IMG/VR virus record: IMGVR_UViG_3300043409_003117
Span: 947 to 64,946 of that record
Length of the DNA: 64,000 nt
Origin: a virus
Taxonomy: Duplodnaviria; Caudoviricetes
Strand: one strand, 5' to 3'
Shown: one piece after another, positions 28,104 to 38,440 of the stretch
Position numbering within the stretch: the first letter of the stretch is position 1
Layout: every line of letters starts with the position of its first letter
Translations under genes and position numbers: made by a program
The notes under the pieces: model-generated
Seen by the model: only the letters and a program-made list of their open reading frames with translations
Database searches by the model: none
What the model was told of the DNA's origin: nothing

Positions 28104-29768
28104 TTAGGCTGATTTGATATCAGAGAAATGATCAGAATTTTCAATTAATAACTTAATATCAAAAAACTCTTCAGGTAAAGGATCATGTGAAATTACAAAA
28201 ATAGTCATATTATATTTTTTAGAAAAGGTTTTTAATAGGTCTACGACTCTATAGATTGAATCTACATCTAACGATGAAAATACTTCATCTAAAAATAATA
28301 AATTAACTTTATGGTGTTTTAATTTTAGTAATTCTAAAATACATAATAGAACAATTAGATTCATTTTCTTTTGTTCACCAGCAGATAATGAATCTGGTGA
28401 TATTTGAATTCCTAAATGTGTAATAATTGGATTAAATTCCAAATCAAATTCAAATGCAAATTTAAATTCTAATAATTTAGAGGTTTTTAAAATTTTACGG
28501 TTTAACATTGGAATTATTTGACTCATTAATAGTCTCTTCATTCCATTATCTGATAGAATATCTTCCATTTCTTGAGAAATAGCCAATTTAGCAGAATAAC
28601 CAGCCTTATCGGTTGTTAAATTAGTAATTTCTGACTCAATTGTTGAAATTACTCCATTAATATATTCGGTACCAGTCCTTTTAGAGTCAATTTGGTTTAA
28701 CTCAGATAACTCACGATTAAGTGGGGATAATAGTCCATCAATTTTATAGAATGAGTCCCTAGATTCAACTTGTTCTGCCTTTTTTGTATTTAATTCAGAA
28801 TTAATTAAGTTAATATTTTCAACCAACCCAGGCAATAAGTCAGATTGAGTTTTCTTTTTATTTAATAACTTGTCTTTTATTGTAATATGGGTTTCATCAG
28901 TTAGGTCAGAAAGACAGTGTGGACACTTATTTTTAGAATATAGATCTAATTTTTTCTGAATCTCAGTAATTGTATATTGAGTTGAGGCTTTTAAATCACG
29001 AGCAACAGTAATACTCTTTTCAATAATTCCAACTTGTGAATTTAAGCTGGTATAAACAAGTCGCTTTTCTTCTTTTTGATTAGATAATTTAGTAATTTCA
29101 GCAGTAAGTTCAGAAATTCTAACTGCTTTAGCTGAATTTAAATCTAATTTTAAATTATCAAGTTGAGAAATTGAATTTTGTAAAATTGAATTATTATTTA
29201 CTAAAGTAGAATCAATTGAATGGATTGAAGTTCTTAAGTCTTTAACCTCTTCTTTAACTACTTTAGACATATCATTAACTATATCTAATCCAAATATTTT
29301 ATCAATGATTTGACGTTTATCGTGTGGACTTAATTTAACAAAGCTTTTAAAATCGTTAACTGATAGGCTAATTGTATTTGAAAATACGTTAAATGGAATC
29401 TTAGTTAATTCTTCTTCAATAAATTCATCAACTCTACGCTTATCAGGTAAATTATGTTCTGAATTATTAATTAATAACTTTGAAAAATTAGGCTCTAAGC
29501 CTCTTTCTATTTCAATTTTATCACCATTTGCTGCAATAAATTCAATATGAGTATAGGCATTTTTATTTATGCGGTTTGGAATCTCTTTGGTTTTACGAAT
29601 AGATGATTTACCATATAGTGCAACAGTTAATGCATCAGAAATTGATGATTTACCACTTCCATTTTTACCTTGAACTAAAATAAGTTGAGGATCTTCTGAA
29701 AATTTAAATGTTTGTAATTTGTTTCCATATGAACAAATATTTTTAAAAGAGAATTGAGTTATCTTCAT
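28104..29768 (-). CDS. gp46: recombination ATPase gp46 (SbcC/Rad50-like)
   Basis: GKNGSGKS, CPHC zinc hook, LSAGEQ, LLFLDEVFSSLD, VISH. Confidence 0.95.
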   Translation of the reverse strand: MKITQFSFKNICSYGNKLQTFKFSEDPQLILVQGKNGSGKSSISDALTVALYGKSSIRKTKEIPNRINKNAYTHIEFIAANGDKIEIERGLEPNFSKLLINNSEHNLPDKRRVDEFIEEELTKIPFNVFSNTISLSVNDFKSFVKLSPHDKRQIIDKIFGLDIVNDMSKVVKEEVKDLRTSIHSIDSTLVNNNSILQNSISQLDNLKLDLNSAKAVRISELTAEITKLSNQKEEKRLVYTSLNSQVGIIEKSITVARDLKASTQYTITEIQKKLDLYSKNKCPHCLSDLTDETHITIKDKLLNKKKTQSDLLPGLVENINLINSELNTKKAEQVESRDSFYKIDGLLSPLNRELSELNQIDSKRTGTEYINGVISTIESEITNLTTDKAGYSAKLAISQEMEDILSDNGMKRLLMSQIIPMLNRKILKTSKLLEFKFAFEFDLEFNPIITHLGIQISPDSLSAGEQKKMNLIVLLCILELLKLKHHKVNLLFLDEVFSSLDVDSIYRVVDLLKTFSKKYNMTIFVISHDPLPEEFFDIKLLIENSDHFSDIKSA

Positions 29769-30259
29769 TAGTTAACAAAATAAGTTAAGGTTTGACCTTC
29801 GGGTATATCTATTACTGATTTAAATATACAAAGTTTAGTAGTTGTATTAAATTCCCTAATCATATTTGGATAATCGCTAATTCCATATATAAGCCCATAA
29901 CCTAATGGAATATTATGTGATTTTAAATTACTTAATGAATTTATATTGATTTTTGATCTTAATATTTCTAAATAGTCAGCATTTGATAATTCACCTGAAT
30001 CTAATCTTTTTATTAACTCCATTTCACCAAGTTGGGTAAATACATTTAGTTCATTATCGATAACCGCTTGATTAAGTATTAATTTTTTACCAAATTCTGG
30101 ATTTGAGTTAGTTAATGTTATTGAATCTTTATTTTTTATGGTAAATACTGGACATACTTCAATTATTGTATTTTGCGGTATATATTGAGTAGCAACTGCT
30201 CGGATTGAGGTATCGGTTTTTATAATTCTAACATAACTACTAATAAATGGATTAAGCAT
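29768..30259 (-). CDS. SET-domain-like protein (degenerate)
   Basis: RAVATQYIPQNTIIEVCPV...LGYGLIYGISDYPN...DIPEGQTLTY follows the SET layout, but NHS is replaced by GIS. Confidence 0.6.
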   Translation of the reverse strand: MLNPFISSYVRIIKTDTSIRAVATQYIPQNTIIEVCPVFTIKNKDSITLTNSNPEFGKKLILNQAVIDNELNVFTQLGEMELIKRLDSGELSNADYLEILRSKININSLSNLKSHNIPLGYGLIYGISDYPNMIREFNTTTKLCIFKSVIDIPEGQTLTYFVN

Positions 30260-31367
30260 AGGTATTTTGGCTTTTTACAAATTGATGAATTTCTATAAAT
30301 TTTTTAGCTAAATTCATTTTAACATCTTGAGAATATTCTTTTGATTTTAAATACATTTTAAAAATATCAGAAATATTAAATCCATCTTCTGGATTAAAGT
30401 CAGACTTCATTTCAGCATCAGCTTCAGTTTGATCAGTATATGTAAAAAATTCTATTTTACGGTGAGGTATATTGGAAATTTCTTCTAGAAATCGGGTAAC
30501 TGATAATTTATTTGCAAAATTAATATTAATCATTATATCTATAAAATTATTATTAAATTTTTTATAGATTTCAGAAATTGGTAACTCTAATATATTCATT
30601 ATATCAAATTTAACAAAGGTTGGAGACTGTGTATTTTCAATAAATGTTTCAACTAAAACTGGTGAATCTACCTCCAATTGATAAAATCCTTTGATATTAC
30701 CAATATCTCCTCTATCCATTTGGTATGGAGTTCCAGTATATAAAATGTTATCACGCTCTTGTCTATGATGAATATGGCCTCCATATACCCGTTTATAGGT
30801 ATTTAGTGCATCAATTTCAATACCGTGCTCAACATGAGTCCATTTATTAAATTTTAAACCTTTAATATCAGCATGACATATTATATATTGACATAAATTT
30901 CTATAGTCATTAACCTTATTTGATAAAACCGACATGTCTTCTATCCATGGTAACATTAAGAAATTATGAGAATTGTTAATGGTTAATATCTCTGGGCTCT
31001 CAAATACATGAATATTATCGGCTAAATAACTTAATGATTTTAGTGAATGAATTTCATTTTTATCTTTATAATAAACATCATGATTACCTATAATGATATA
31101 AATTCCTCTTTTAAATTTTTTAGATAGTTTTTTAAAAATATCAAAGGCCTCATTTTGTATTCTGACATTAATAGATTCTCTAGAATGAAAAATATCTCCT
31201 TCTAAGATAAGTATATCACGGTTTTCATCAAAATCTTCGTCTACTTTTGTTAGTAAAAAATCTAATAAAAAGTCTCGTTGAATATTCATCCATTCAACTG
31301 AATTATTTCGAATTCCTAAATGAAGATCTCCAACTAGTGTTATTTTTCTAATATTGGTTAAATTCAT
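30252..31367 (-). CDS. gp47: recombination endonuclease gp47 (SbcD/Mre11-like)
   Basis: GDLHLG, GDIFH, GNHD, GGHIH, YTGTPYQ. Confidence 0.95.
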   Translation of the reverse strand: MNLTNIRKITLVGDLHLGIRNNSVEWMNIQRDFLLDFLLTKVDEDFDENRDILILEGDIFHSRESINVRIQNEAFDIFKKLSKKFKRGIYIIIGNHDVYYKDKNEIHSLKSLSYLADNIHVFESPEILTINNSHNFLMLPWIEDMSVLSNKVNDYRNLCQYIICHADIKGLKFNKWTHVEHGIEIDALNTYKRVYGGHIHHRQERDNILYTGTPYQMDRGDIGNIKGFYQLEVDSPVLVETFIENTQSPTFVKFDIMNILELPISEIYKKFNNNFIDIMININFANKLSVTRFLEEISNIPHRKIEFFTYTDQTEADAEMKSDFNPEDGFNISDIFKMYLKSKEYSQDVKMNLAKKFIEIHQFVKSQNTYA

Positions 31368-31369
31368 TA

Positions 31370-32026
31370 TTAAAACATTTTTAAGTTTTTAGATGATTTA
31401 TCTAGAAATGAATATTTTTTGTTTAATTCGATTAATAGAATTTCTTTATTATCATAAATCAACATATCAAATAGCTTTTTATATTCCATGCAGGTTAATG
31501 CGGATATTGTATCTAATACATGAATTGAACTTACAAATACACTAGCAGATTCGCCTACACTAACACCATTTAATATTATTTTAAATAAATCATTAATTTC
31601 AGATTTTATAAATTTCTTCTTAGCCGGTTCAGGTCCCAATATTAAATTAACTTCTTCTGATGTAGAAATAAATTTGTTTATATCAACTTGAGTTATTTTA
31701 AAATCAATACCATCAATATATTTTTCTTTATCATATAGATGATAGTCTGGAGAACTTGAATCTAATTTAATTTCATTATACGAATGGATTTCGTCTTCAT
31801 CTTCAACGAGAGTAGAACCTGCATTATATGAATTATTAAATATTTTATCTGTTTTTTTAAGTTTAGCATAGTCAGCTTTACGTCTATCTAATTCAACTTG
31901 GTCTTCTGACTCTAAATCATCTTCAACTTGGTCAGATTCATCAGAATCTAATAACTCTAGAGTAGAATCATCCTGGTCTTCAAATCCTAAATCTTCAAAT
32001 AGGTCATCATTTTTCTTTTTTGCCAT
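31370..32026 (-). CDS. hypothetical protein, acidic N-terminus (C-terminus weakly gp33-like)
   Basis: 218-aa ORF between gp41 and gp47. Confidence 0.6.
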   Translation of the reverse strand: MAKKKNDDLFEDLGFEDQDDSTLELLDSDESDQVEDDLESEDQVELDRRKADYAKLKKTDKIFNNSYNAGSTLVEDEDEIHSYNEIKLDSSSPDYHLYDKEKYIDGIDFKITQVDINKFISTSEEVNLILGPEPAKKKFIKSEINDLFKIILNGVSVGESASVFVSSIHVLDTISALTCMEYKKLFDMLIYDNKEILLIELNKKYSFLDKSSKNLKMF

Positions 32027-32041
32027 TATTTTAGTATTTTT

Positions 32042-33559
32042 TTAATTAATTAAACTTAATATATCATCATGTGAAGTATTAAACGGTCGGGCTAGAGCCT
32101 CTGCCATTGGAATTAAATTAGGAGGCAGGGTTGTTTGAGTTGTTTGGGCACTATGATATTGATTTCTCATTTGATTTTCTAAGGATTGAGTATCATCATC
32201 ATCTGAATAAAATTCTGAGGCTGGATCAGTCTCTTCAATTAATTTAGCAAATTCATAACTCATACGATACATTTTAAAACTTTCGTTATATCCACCATCT
32301 CTATTTGCAATCAATTTAATCTTCATACGTTTTTCCATAGGGCCTCTCATTAAACCAAATAGCGAATCTACTGTATGTACTAAACCAAATGACTCGGCAA
32401 TATCTGACATACTTAAGTCTTGATCATCTACTGCATCTCTTTTAATTTGAGTTGCTGTAATAATACACCATTCATTTCTAATTGCAATTGCTCTTAACTC
32501 TTCAGATATAACTTTAATTTTTTCATATGTACTACCCTGCTCTCGCATAGGTCTCATTAAGTTAATATAGTCAACTACAATAATTGTAAATTTCTTTCCA
32601 GTATTTTGTTGAACTTTTAAAAAATAATTCTCTATATCAATTGCAGTAGCGGTACCAGTCGGAAATTCTTTAACTTGTAACTCGCCAAGAGTTGAAACAT
32701 TTTCTTTTAATGATTTCATCTTATGAGTAACTTCATTTACTTGACTTGGGTCTAACATTGCATCATATTCTTTAAATGGAATACTTAACACCATTGAGCC
32801 TAATCTCTTCATGTATTTACGATCAGATAATTCAAGAGTAGCAATTCCTACTTGACAACCGGCAACAAAGGCTCGGCCTGCAATATTAGAAAGAACCATT
32901 GATTTTCCAACCTTTGGTCGGCCTTGAAAAACAACAAGAGTTTTTGGGTTCCAACCGCCGCCTAGCGTTTTATCAAAAAACTTAAAACCGGTAGGATTTC
33001 CTATTTTTGATAACTGAACGTGATCTACTGGATTAAAAAAATCTAAGCCCGATTCGGCATTAGTAAATGAAACATTTAATTTATCATTAAATTTAGAACG
33101 AACTTCATTTGTAATAAGTTCAACATTCTCAGGATTAATATCGGTTGTTTTTAAATAGGATAAGACATCAATAACTGATTCATTTAAATTTTTATAAAAA
33201 ATAAAGGCCTTTGTGTATTTAAATAAAAAGTCATAATTATAACTGGTTAAATCAACTGCAAATACCTTATTAAATTTATCCTCCGGTAAATCTAAATTTG
33301 CTAAATTTGCAAGTTCCCTAAGTTCGTTTTTAGTTGGGACTTTTTTGTATTCTAAAAAAAATTTCTTGGATTCTCTGTATAACCTTTGTAGGGTATCATC
33401 ATTAAAATAATTAGCCTTTATCATTGGTATGATTTCTCTTTTATCTAGAGAATCATAATTTTTTGGTTTAATTACAGTATCATTATCATCTTCCGTTAAG
33501 ACAAAATTGAAAATTATTCTTTCAAGTAATTCAATATTCTCTTTAAAATCAATCATCAT
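32042..33559 (-). CDS. gp41: replicative DnaB-like helicase gp41
   Basis: GRPKVGKS Walker A, TLELS, IVVDYINLM, TATQIKR, IAESFG. Confidence 0.95.
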   Translation of the reverse strand: MMIDFKENIELLERIIFNFVLTEDDNDTVIKPKNYDSLDKREIIPMIKANYFNDDTLQRLYRESKKFFLEYKKVPTKNELRELANLANLDLPEDKFNKVFAVDLTSYNYDFLFKYTKAFIFYKNLNESVIDVLSYLKTTDINPENVELITNEVRSKFNDKLNVSFTNAESGLDFFNPVDHVQLSKIGNPTGFKFFDKTLGGGWNPKTLVVFQGRPKVGKSMVLSNIAGRAFVAGCQVGIATLELSDRKYMKRLGSMVLSIPFKEYDAMLDPSQVNEVTHKMKSLKENVSTLGELQVKEFPTGTATAIDIENYFLKVQQNTGKKFTIIVVDYINLMRPMREQGSTYEKIKVISEELRAIAIRNEWCIITATQIKRDAVDDQDLSMSDIAESFGLVHTVDSLFGLMRGPMEKRMKIKLIANRDGGYNESFKMYRMSYEFAKLIEETDPASEFYSDDDDTQSLENQMRNQYHSAQTTQTTLPPNLIPMAEALARPFNTSHDDILSLIN

Positions 33560-33572
33560 AGGTTAAGTCGTA

Positions 33573-33911
33573 TTATGCTATTAAATAGTACTTTAAAAAT
33601 TCAGATTCTGGCATAAATATAAATTCTCCTTTTTTAATTAATAATCCAGTATCTAATAGGTCTTTAATTAAAATTTTTAATTTTGCTTTAAACGACTCAT
33701 TTTTCATATGATCGCCAAATACATATTTTAAAGTTTTGGTTGAAAACTTAATATCATTTGAGTCCCAGTCTTTCTCTTTTAATTCAGTTACTCTAACAAT
33801 ATGTGCAGCAACATCAAACATAAAATCTTGAGCGGATGGATAATTAGGCATTGCTGAATGAACACTTAATTTATATTTTATAGGTAACTCATCTTTTATC
33901 TTAAATATCAT
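33573..33911 (-). CDS. hypothetical protein (possible winged helix)
   Basis: 112 aa between UvsX and helicase; ends LLDTGLLIKKGEFI. Confidence 0.55.
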   Translation of the reverse strand: MIFKIKDELPIKYKLSVHSAMPNYPSAQDFMFDVAAHIVRVTELKEKDWDSNDIKFSTKTLKYVFGDHMKNESFKAKLKILIKDLLDTGLLIKKGEFIFMPESEFLKYYLIA

Positions 33912-35091
33912 CTGAGTCTTCAGTTAAGTCTTCTAATTCCGCAGTTTCTAATGTATCAATTCCATCTTGAGTTTCTGGAAATTTAAAAGTCGGTTTAATA
34001 ACTTTTTCGTCTAATTCAGTTAATACTTCATGTGTAAACAGTCTAGCTGAGAAAAATTCTTTAACTGGAACCGCATCGCCATTATGACGAATAATATAAG
34101 TTTTACCTAATTTTTTCGGTAAAAAATAAAAAGTTTCACCAGCAACTTCAAATTTTGAACACAGTTCAGATTCATCAGACTTAAGTTTAGAAAATTCTTT
34201 TTCAGTAAGTTTATTACCTCTACCGACTCCACATGATTCCCAATTAACATATTGTTCAAGGCCAACATACTGATTCATGCCTTTATGAAAAGAAATATGA
34301 AATTCAATATCAATTGGTCTGGATAATCTGTTCTTTTTTGTTTTAGAACGAACAATAATTCCAGTTGTAGTTTTAGCCTCATCGCGAAGAGTTCCTTTAC
34401 TTAACATCAAGATAATTGATGCAGAGAATTCTGGACCTCCACCGCCAGACATACCCTTTGGTGTATATTGATCCATTGAGGCATATGTATGATTTGTAAA
34501 AATAAAAGGAACTTTATAATTTGAAAGATCCAAGGTTAATGATTTAAATAGTGATCTCATTTCCTTTGCACGAAGTCCCATATCTGCAGCATTTTTACCT
34601 GCCTCCATATCACGTTGACTCTTATCAGTATCTAACATTCCTACTGAATCTACAAATAGTGCAAGCTTAAGTCCTGGATTCTCCTTGAGTGTTTCAATTA
34701 GATCATGCACATAGAATTTAACCTCACTAATAAGCCCCATACGTAAATATTTTAATTTAGTTAGGTCTACTCCAAATTTAACATAGTCACCTGAGTCAAT
34801 TGCACCTTCGGTATCAATGTAAATTACCATATAATCTTTTTTCTGCAATTCACGAACTGCATTTAGACATAAAAATGTTTTACCTGAACCAGAGTCTCCA
34901 GCAATTCCAATACTACGAGTATTAGGATATCCGCCAAATAGTGAGCCTGACATTTGTGCACTTAATAAATAATTTCCAGTTGGAATGTATTCTTCAATAT
35001 CAGAAAAACCTCTGATTTCGATTTTAGATTTTACCTTTTTCTCGAGCAAGTCGTTAAACTTTGCGAAAGCATCCATTGTTGATTTTGCCAT
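33901..35091 (-). CDS. uvsX: RecA-like recombinase UvsX
   Basis: AGDSGSGKT, IDTE, FVDSVGML, DMGLRAK, FTNHTY, MSGGGG. Confidence 0.95.
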   Translation of the reverse strand: MAKSTMDAFAKFNDLLEKKVKSKIEIRGFSDIEEYIPTGNYLLSAQMSGSLFGGYPNTRSIGIAGDSGSGKTFLCLNAVRELQKKDYMVIYIDTEGAIDSGDYVKFGVDLTKLKYLRMGLISEVKFYVHDLIETLKENPGLKLALFVDSVGMLDTDKSQRDMEAGKNAADMGLRAKEMRSLFKSLTLDLSNYKVPFIFTNHTYASMDQYTPKGMSGGGGPEFSASIILMLSKGTLRDEAKTTTGIIVRSKTKKNRLSRPIDIEFHISFHKGMNQYVGLEQYVNWESCGVGRGNKLTEKEFSKLKSDESELCSKFEVAGETFYFLPKKLGKTYIIRHNGDAVPVKEFFSARLFTHEVLTELDEKVIKPTFKFPETQDGIDTLETAELEDLTEDSDDI

Positions 35092-35142
35092 AGTGTTTTA
35101 GAGTTTAATTCAATATCTTGTACAATAAGATATATGCTAGTT

Positions 35143-35730
35143 TCAATTAAAATAAGAAACTAATAAAAAAGCACCAGATAGAATAGTTGAGTCAGAAAAG
35201 TCTCCATTTACAACTTGGTGAAAGCCAAGTTTTACAATTTCAGAAGAGTCTTTATTAAATGGAGACTTTGCTAAAGTTCTAGTAAAATTAAATTGACTAT
35301 CGGGTTTACTAATATTAGTTAAGTCAATTGCATAACACTTAAATTTAGAAGAAATTGGCGTACTGGTTGAAATATTACCTAGATAAAAAATATCGTCTTC
35401 AGTAATTCCAAGCTCTTCAATATTTAAACCGGCTTCTTCTAATAATGAGCGGTATATTGTATCAATTGGAGTTTGATCCTTAGATGGATCAACTGAATCT
35501 ATAAGTAAAGTTGTATCAGTTTGGCCAGTTGCATGATTTTCAAATTTTAATCCATAAATAGATTTTATTGTATCATTTGCAGTTTTTTCAAATGGTAAAA
35601 TTACAATATAATTGGTTTTACATGAAAGTACATTAGTCTTATCAGTGTCTCTAGTAAGAGAGATTATTTCAATTTCACCATTTATATTTGGTAAATTCGA
35701 TTTAGATATTTTAACTAATGGCTGTTGCAT
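35143..35730 (-). CDS. Nudix-fold protein (degenerate Nudix box)
   Basis: DSVDPSKDQTPIDTIYRSLLEEAGL...YLG...CYAIDLT; lacks the canonical first G and the E of RE. Confidence 0.55.
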   Translation of the reverse strand: MQQPLVKISKSNLPNINGEIEIISLTRDTDKTNVLSCKTNYIVILPFEKTANDTIKSIYGLKFENHATGQTDTTLLIDSVDPSKDQTPIDTIYRSLLEEAGLNIEELGITEDDIFYLGNISTSTPISSKFKCYAIDLTNISKPDSQFNFTRTLAKSPFNKDSSEIVKLGFHQVVNGDFSDSTILSGAFLLVSYFN

Positions 35731-36391
35731 TTATTTTCTTCTTTTTATCTTGACCAAATGACTTTACTAAAGAGTCTTTGATTGAATTTGTTGTTACACT
35801 ATTATTTATATACATAGATAACCGGTTTAAAAATTGTTCTTTATCCTGAGAATTTGTATACATCATCTTAAGTAGATTTTTACTGGGTAATTTAATTGAA
35901 ATGGTTAATGCTAATTCGGTATCTTCAAGTGCAAACATTCCAAATAAATCACCGGCATCAACCTGAGTAGTTGGAATAGGTGCTGGAATAGTCGCTGGAA
36001 CGGGTGGTTTCTCTTTAGCTGCATTAATTAAGTCATTTTTAAATTCGTCTGGAATTCCTGGAGCAATGCCATTAGCGTCACTTAGACTTGGAATATAATT
36101 AATTGATTGTATTTCAGCCATACTTAGTGCAGGTTGATCATCCATTAACATCATTAAGTCACTACTTAATCGGTCAGTATCAATTCGACTACCGTCTGAT
36201 AATTGGGCAATATATTTTCCACGATTGCCTGGTTCAATCTCTACTACACTTACAATTTTACCCATTTTTGAACGGTCTTGAGTCTTAATCCATTGAAGTT
36301 TATTTCCTTGGAAAGTATTTTTAATTGCCATCAATTCTTCTATATCCATACCAGTTATTATTTTTTTAAGTTTTTTTAGTAGATTTTTCAC
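35711..36391 (-). CDS. hypothetical protein
   Basis: 226-aa ORF overlapping the PolB end; start may be the internal MDIEE. Confidence 0.6.
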   Translation of the reverse strand: MKNLLKKLKKIITGMDIEELMAIKNTFQGNKLQWIKTQDRSKMGKIVSVVEIEPGNRGKYIAQLSDGSRIDTDRLSSDLMMLMDDQPALSMAEIQSINYIPSLSDANGIAPGIPDEFKNDLINAAKEKPPVPATIPAPIPTTQVDAGDLFGMFALEDTELALTISIKLPSKNLLKMMYTNSQDKEQFLNRLSMYINNSVTTNSIKDSLVKSFGQDKKKKINATAIS

Positions 36392-37757
36392 TGTCTAATT
36401 GCTCTTCTAATTTTTTCATTTCATTTTTTGTATCAACTCTACCGTTATACAGTTTGGTTAAAATAGTTCGAGCAGCTGAGTCAAATTTATTTGTAAATAT
36501 CGTACAATTCTTTGTTAAAATAGTTTCAGGATTTATTACAGTATCTGATTTAGATTTACCAACATATGAGTCTGGTGAAATATTAAACTGTATTTGAATG
36601 TTTGGATACATTGATGCAAAGTCAAAACATGAAACATATTTATAGAATCCTGGTTCTGGTTTTGCAACATAGGCACCATCATAAGTTGCTTCATTTTCAA
36701 CATCACGTTTATCATTTGCCATATAGCGGCCACGTGCTAAAAATTCACGACACATTAAGGTTTCAGTAATGAATACTGCACTAAATACTTTTGATACGTC
36801 AACTTTTGCAAATTTAGATATTGCAAAAGCTACATCAAGTAATCCTAATTTATCTTCAATTAATTTAACTAGGATTGTATCAATTATATTGTATTTTACG
36901 AAATTTTCAATATCTTGTTGAGCTTCCATCATTGTTGCATAGGCACTATGTAATTTAGTAGTTCCCAATACAAGATTTGCAATATAGTCTAATTTATAAT
37001 TCTCAACCACTTTATATGGTTTAGTATTCATAAATACCTCCATGTAATCTAATAAGCCTAAATGGATTGGCATTTTATTTTTACCTATTAATTTAGCACA
37101 TGGCATTTTTTCCATAGGGTCAATACCTAATCGCTTACACCGGTTAATTAAATACAACCAGTCAAAACCAATAACATTCCAGCCAGTTAAAAATGGAATT
37201 TTAGGAAGAGCTTTATGAAAAAACATATTTAACATATCTTCTTCTTTTTCAAAATAGACATATTTAATTGAAAAGATTTGACTGTGGGCTTTAAAATAGT
37301 CATTTACTTCATCTTGCATGGTAGAAACCGTTTTATTTGATAAGTCTTTCATGGTTGAAAGTACAAAACAAACGTTATCTTCATTTACAAATGTAATTAA
37401 ATTAACTGGCATTAGCGCCTTTGCTGGATCAGGAAAATCTTGAGAGGTTAATTGAATCTCAATATCTAAATAATATTTTTTAGGACTAAGATCTGAATAT
37501 ACTTTAGCTAATTCATCTGGTGTTAATCTGGTTTGGGTTAATTCTTCTAATCTAAATCGATTAAGCCACTTATTTTGGGCTTTTTTTAAATATCGGTTAT
37601 CCCAATTACGAAATTCAGTTGGGTTAGGCGTAAGCATCCAATTAAATAAGTCAGCTGACTGAATTGGCTTTTTGATAAAAGCAATATTACCAGTTTCATC
37701 ATAATATGAAATCATTAAGGTCGAGTCATCACTATTAAATTCAGTACTAATTATCAT
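36366..37757 (-). CDS. gp43: family B DNA polymerase, N-terminal subunit (split gp43)
   Basis: ExoI LDIE, ExoII GWNVIGFD, ExoIII YNIID, motif A DFASMYPN; ends at 463 aa without motifs B/C. Confidence 0.9.
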   Translation of the reverse strand: MIISTEFNSDDSTLMISYYDETGNIAFIKKPIQSADLFNWMLTPNPTEFRNWDNRYLKKAQNKWLNRFRLEELTQTRLTPDELAKVYSDLSPKKYYLDIEIQLTSQDFPDPAKALMPVNLITFVNEDNVCFVLSTMKDLSNKTVSTMQDEVNDYFKAHSQIFSIKYVYFEKEEDMLNMFFHKALPKIPFLTGWNVIGFDWLYLINRCKRLGIDPMEKMPCAKLIGKNKMPIHLGLLDYMEVFMNTKPYKVVENYKLDYIANLVLGTTKLHSAYATMMEAQQDIENFVKYNIIDTILVKLIEDKLGLLDVAFAISKFAKVDVSKVFSAVFITETLMCREFLARGRYMANDKRDVENEATYDGAYVAKPEPGFYKYVSCFDFASMYPNIQIQFNISPDSYVGKSKSDTVINPETILTKNCTIFTNKFDSAARTILTKLYNGRVDTKNEMKKLEEQLDSEKSTKKT

Positions 37758-37799
37758 TTATTAAAAATTAAGTGAATATTATATAGTTAATATACTAAA

Positions 37800-38252
37800 C
37801 TATGAACCGGTTGAGCCAAATCCACCAGCTCCACGAGCAGTTGCCTCTGAATAAACTTCAGATTCAGTTAAGCACTCAAGTATAGTAGGTTTTATAATTG
37901 GAGTTAATATAAACTGTACAAGTTTATCACCTGGGTTAATAGTAGCTGGAATCCACGGTGATGTATTATATACATGTAGATGAATTTCACCTTGATAATC
38001 ACAATCTACTACACATGCTCCAACTTGAAGTCGCTTTTTTGTAGCAATTCCACTTTTATTATAGGCAATAAGAGCTGTGTCTATTGGAATATTAACTCTA
38101 ATACCACTTGGAATAAGGGTTGATTCCCCAGGTGCTAAAACAATTTGAGTTTCACTGTTTGGTACAAAAAAATCTAGCCCAGCTGAGCCAACTGATCCAT
38201 ACTCTGGAGTTTTTACGTCTTTTGTTTTAATAAATTTAATAATAGATTGCAT
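37800..38252 (-). CDS. dut: trimeric dUTPase
   Basis: AGLD, KSG, VDCDYQGEI, KLVQ, RGAGGFGSTG. Confidence 0.95.
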   Translation of the reverse strand: MQSIIKFIKTKDVKTPEYGSVGSAGLDFFVPNSETQIVLAPGESTLIPSGIRVNIPIDTALIAYNKSGIATKKRLQVGACVVDCDYQGEIHLHVYNTSPWIPATINPGDKLVQFILTPIIKPTILECLTESEVYSEATARGAGGFGSTGS

Positions 38253-38344
38253 ACATGTATATATGATTTTGTTAAAATATAGTATTATATTGACTCTTTT
38301 ATCATAAAAGTGAAAAAGGTTTAACTTTTATTGAGTAAATCTTT

Positions 38345-38352
38345 TATAAATA
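38345..38352 (+). promoter_or_regulatory. T4-type late promoter TATAAATA
   Basis: Upstream of the tail sheath; a further GATAAATAAATAAC lies near 38404. Confidence 0.6.
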
Positions 38353-38440
38353 ACTTTAATAGCAAAGTCCAAACATTAAAATCATTAAAATTGGGAGTTG
38401 ACTGATAAATAAATAACTTTAAAAATAATAATAGATCGCG

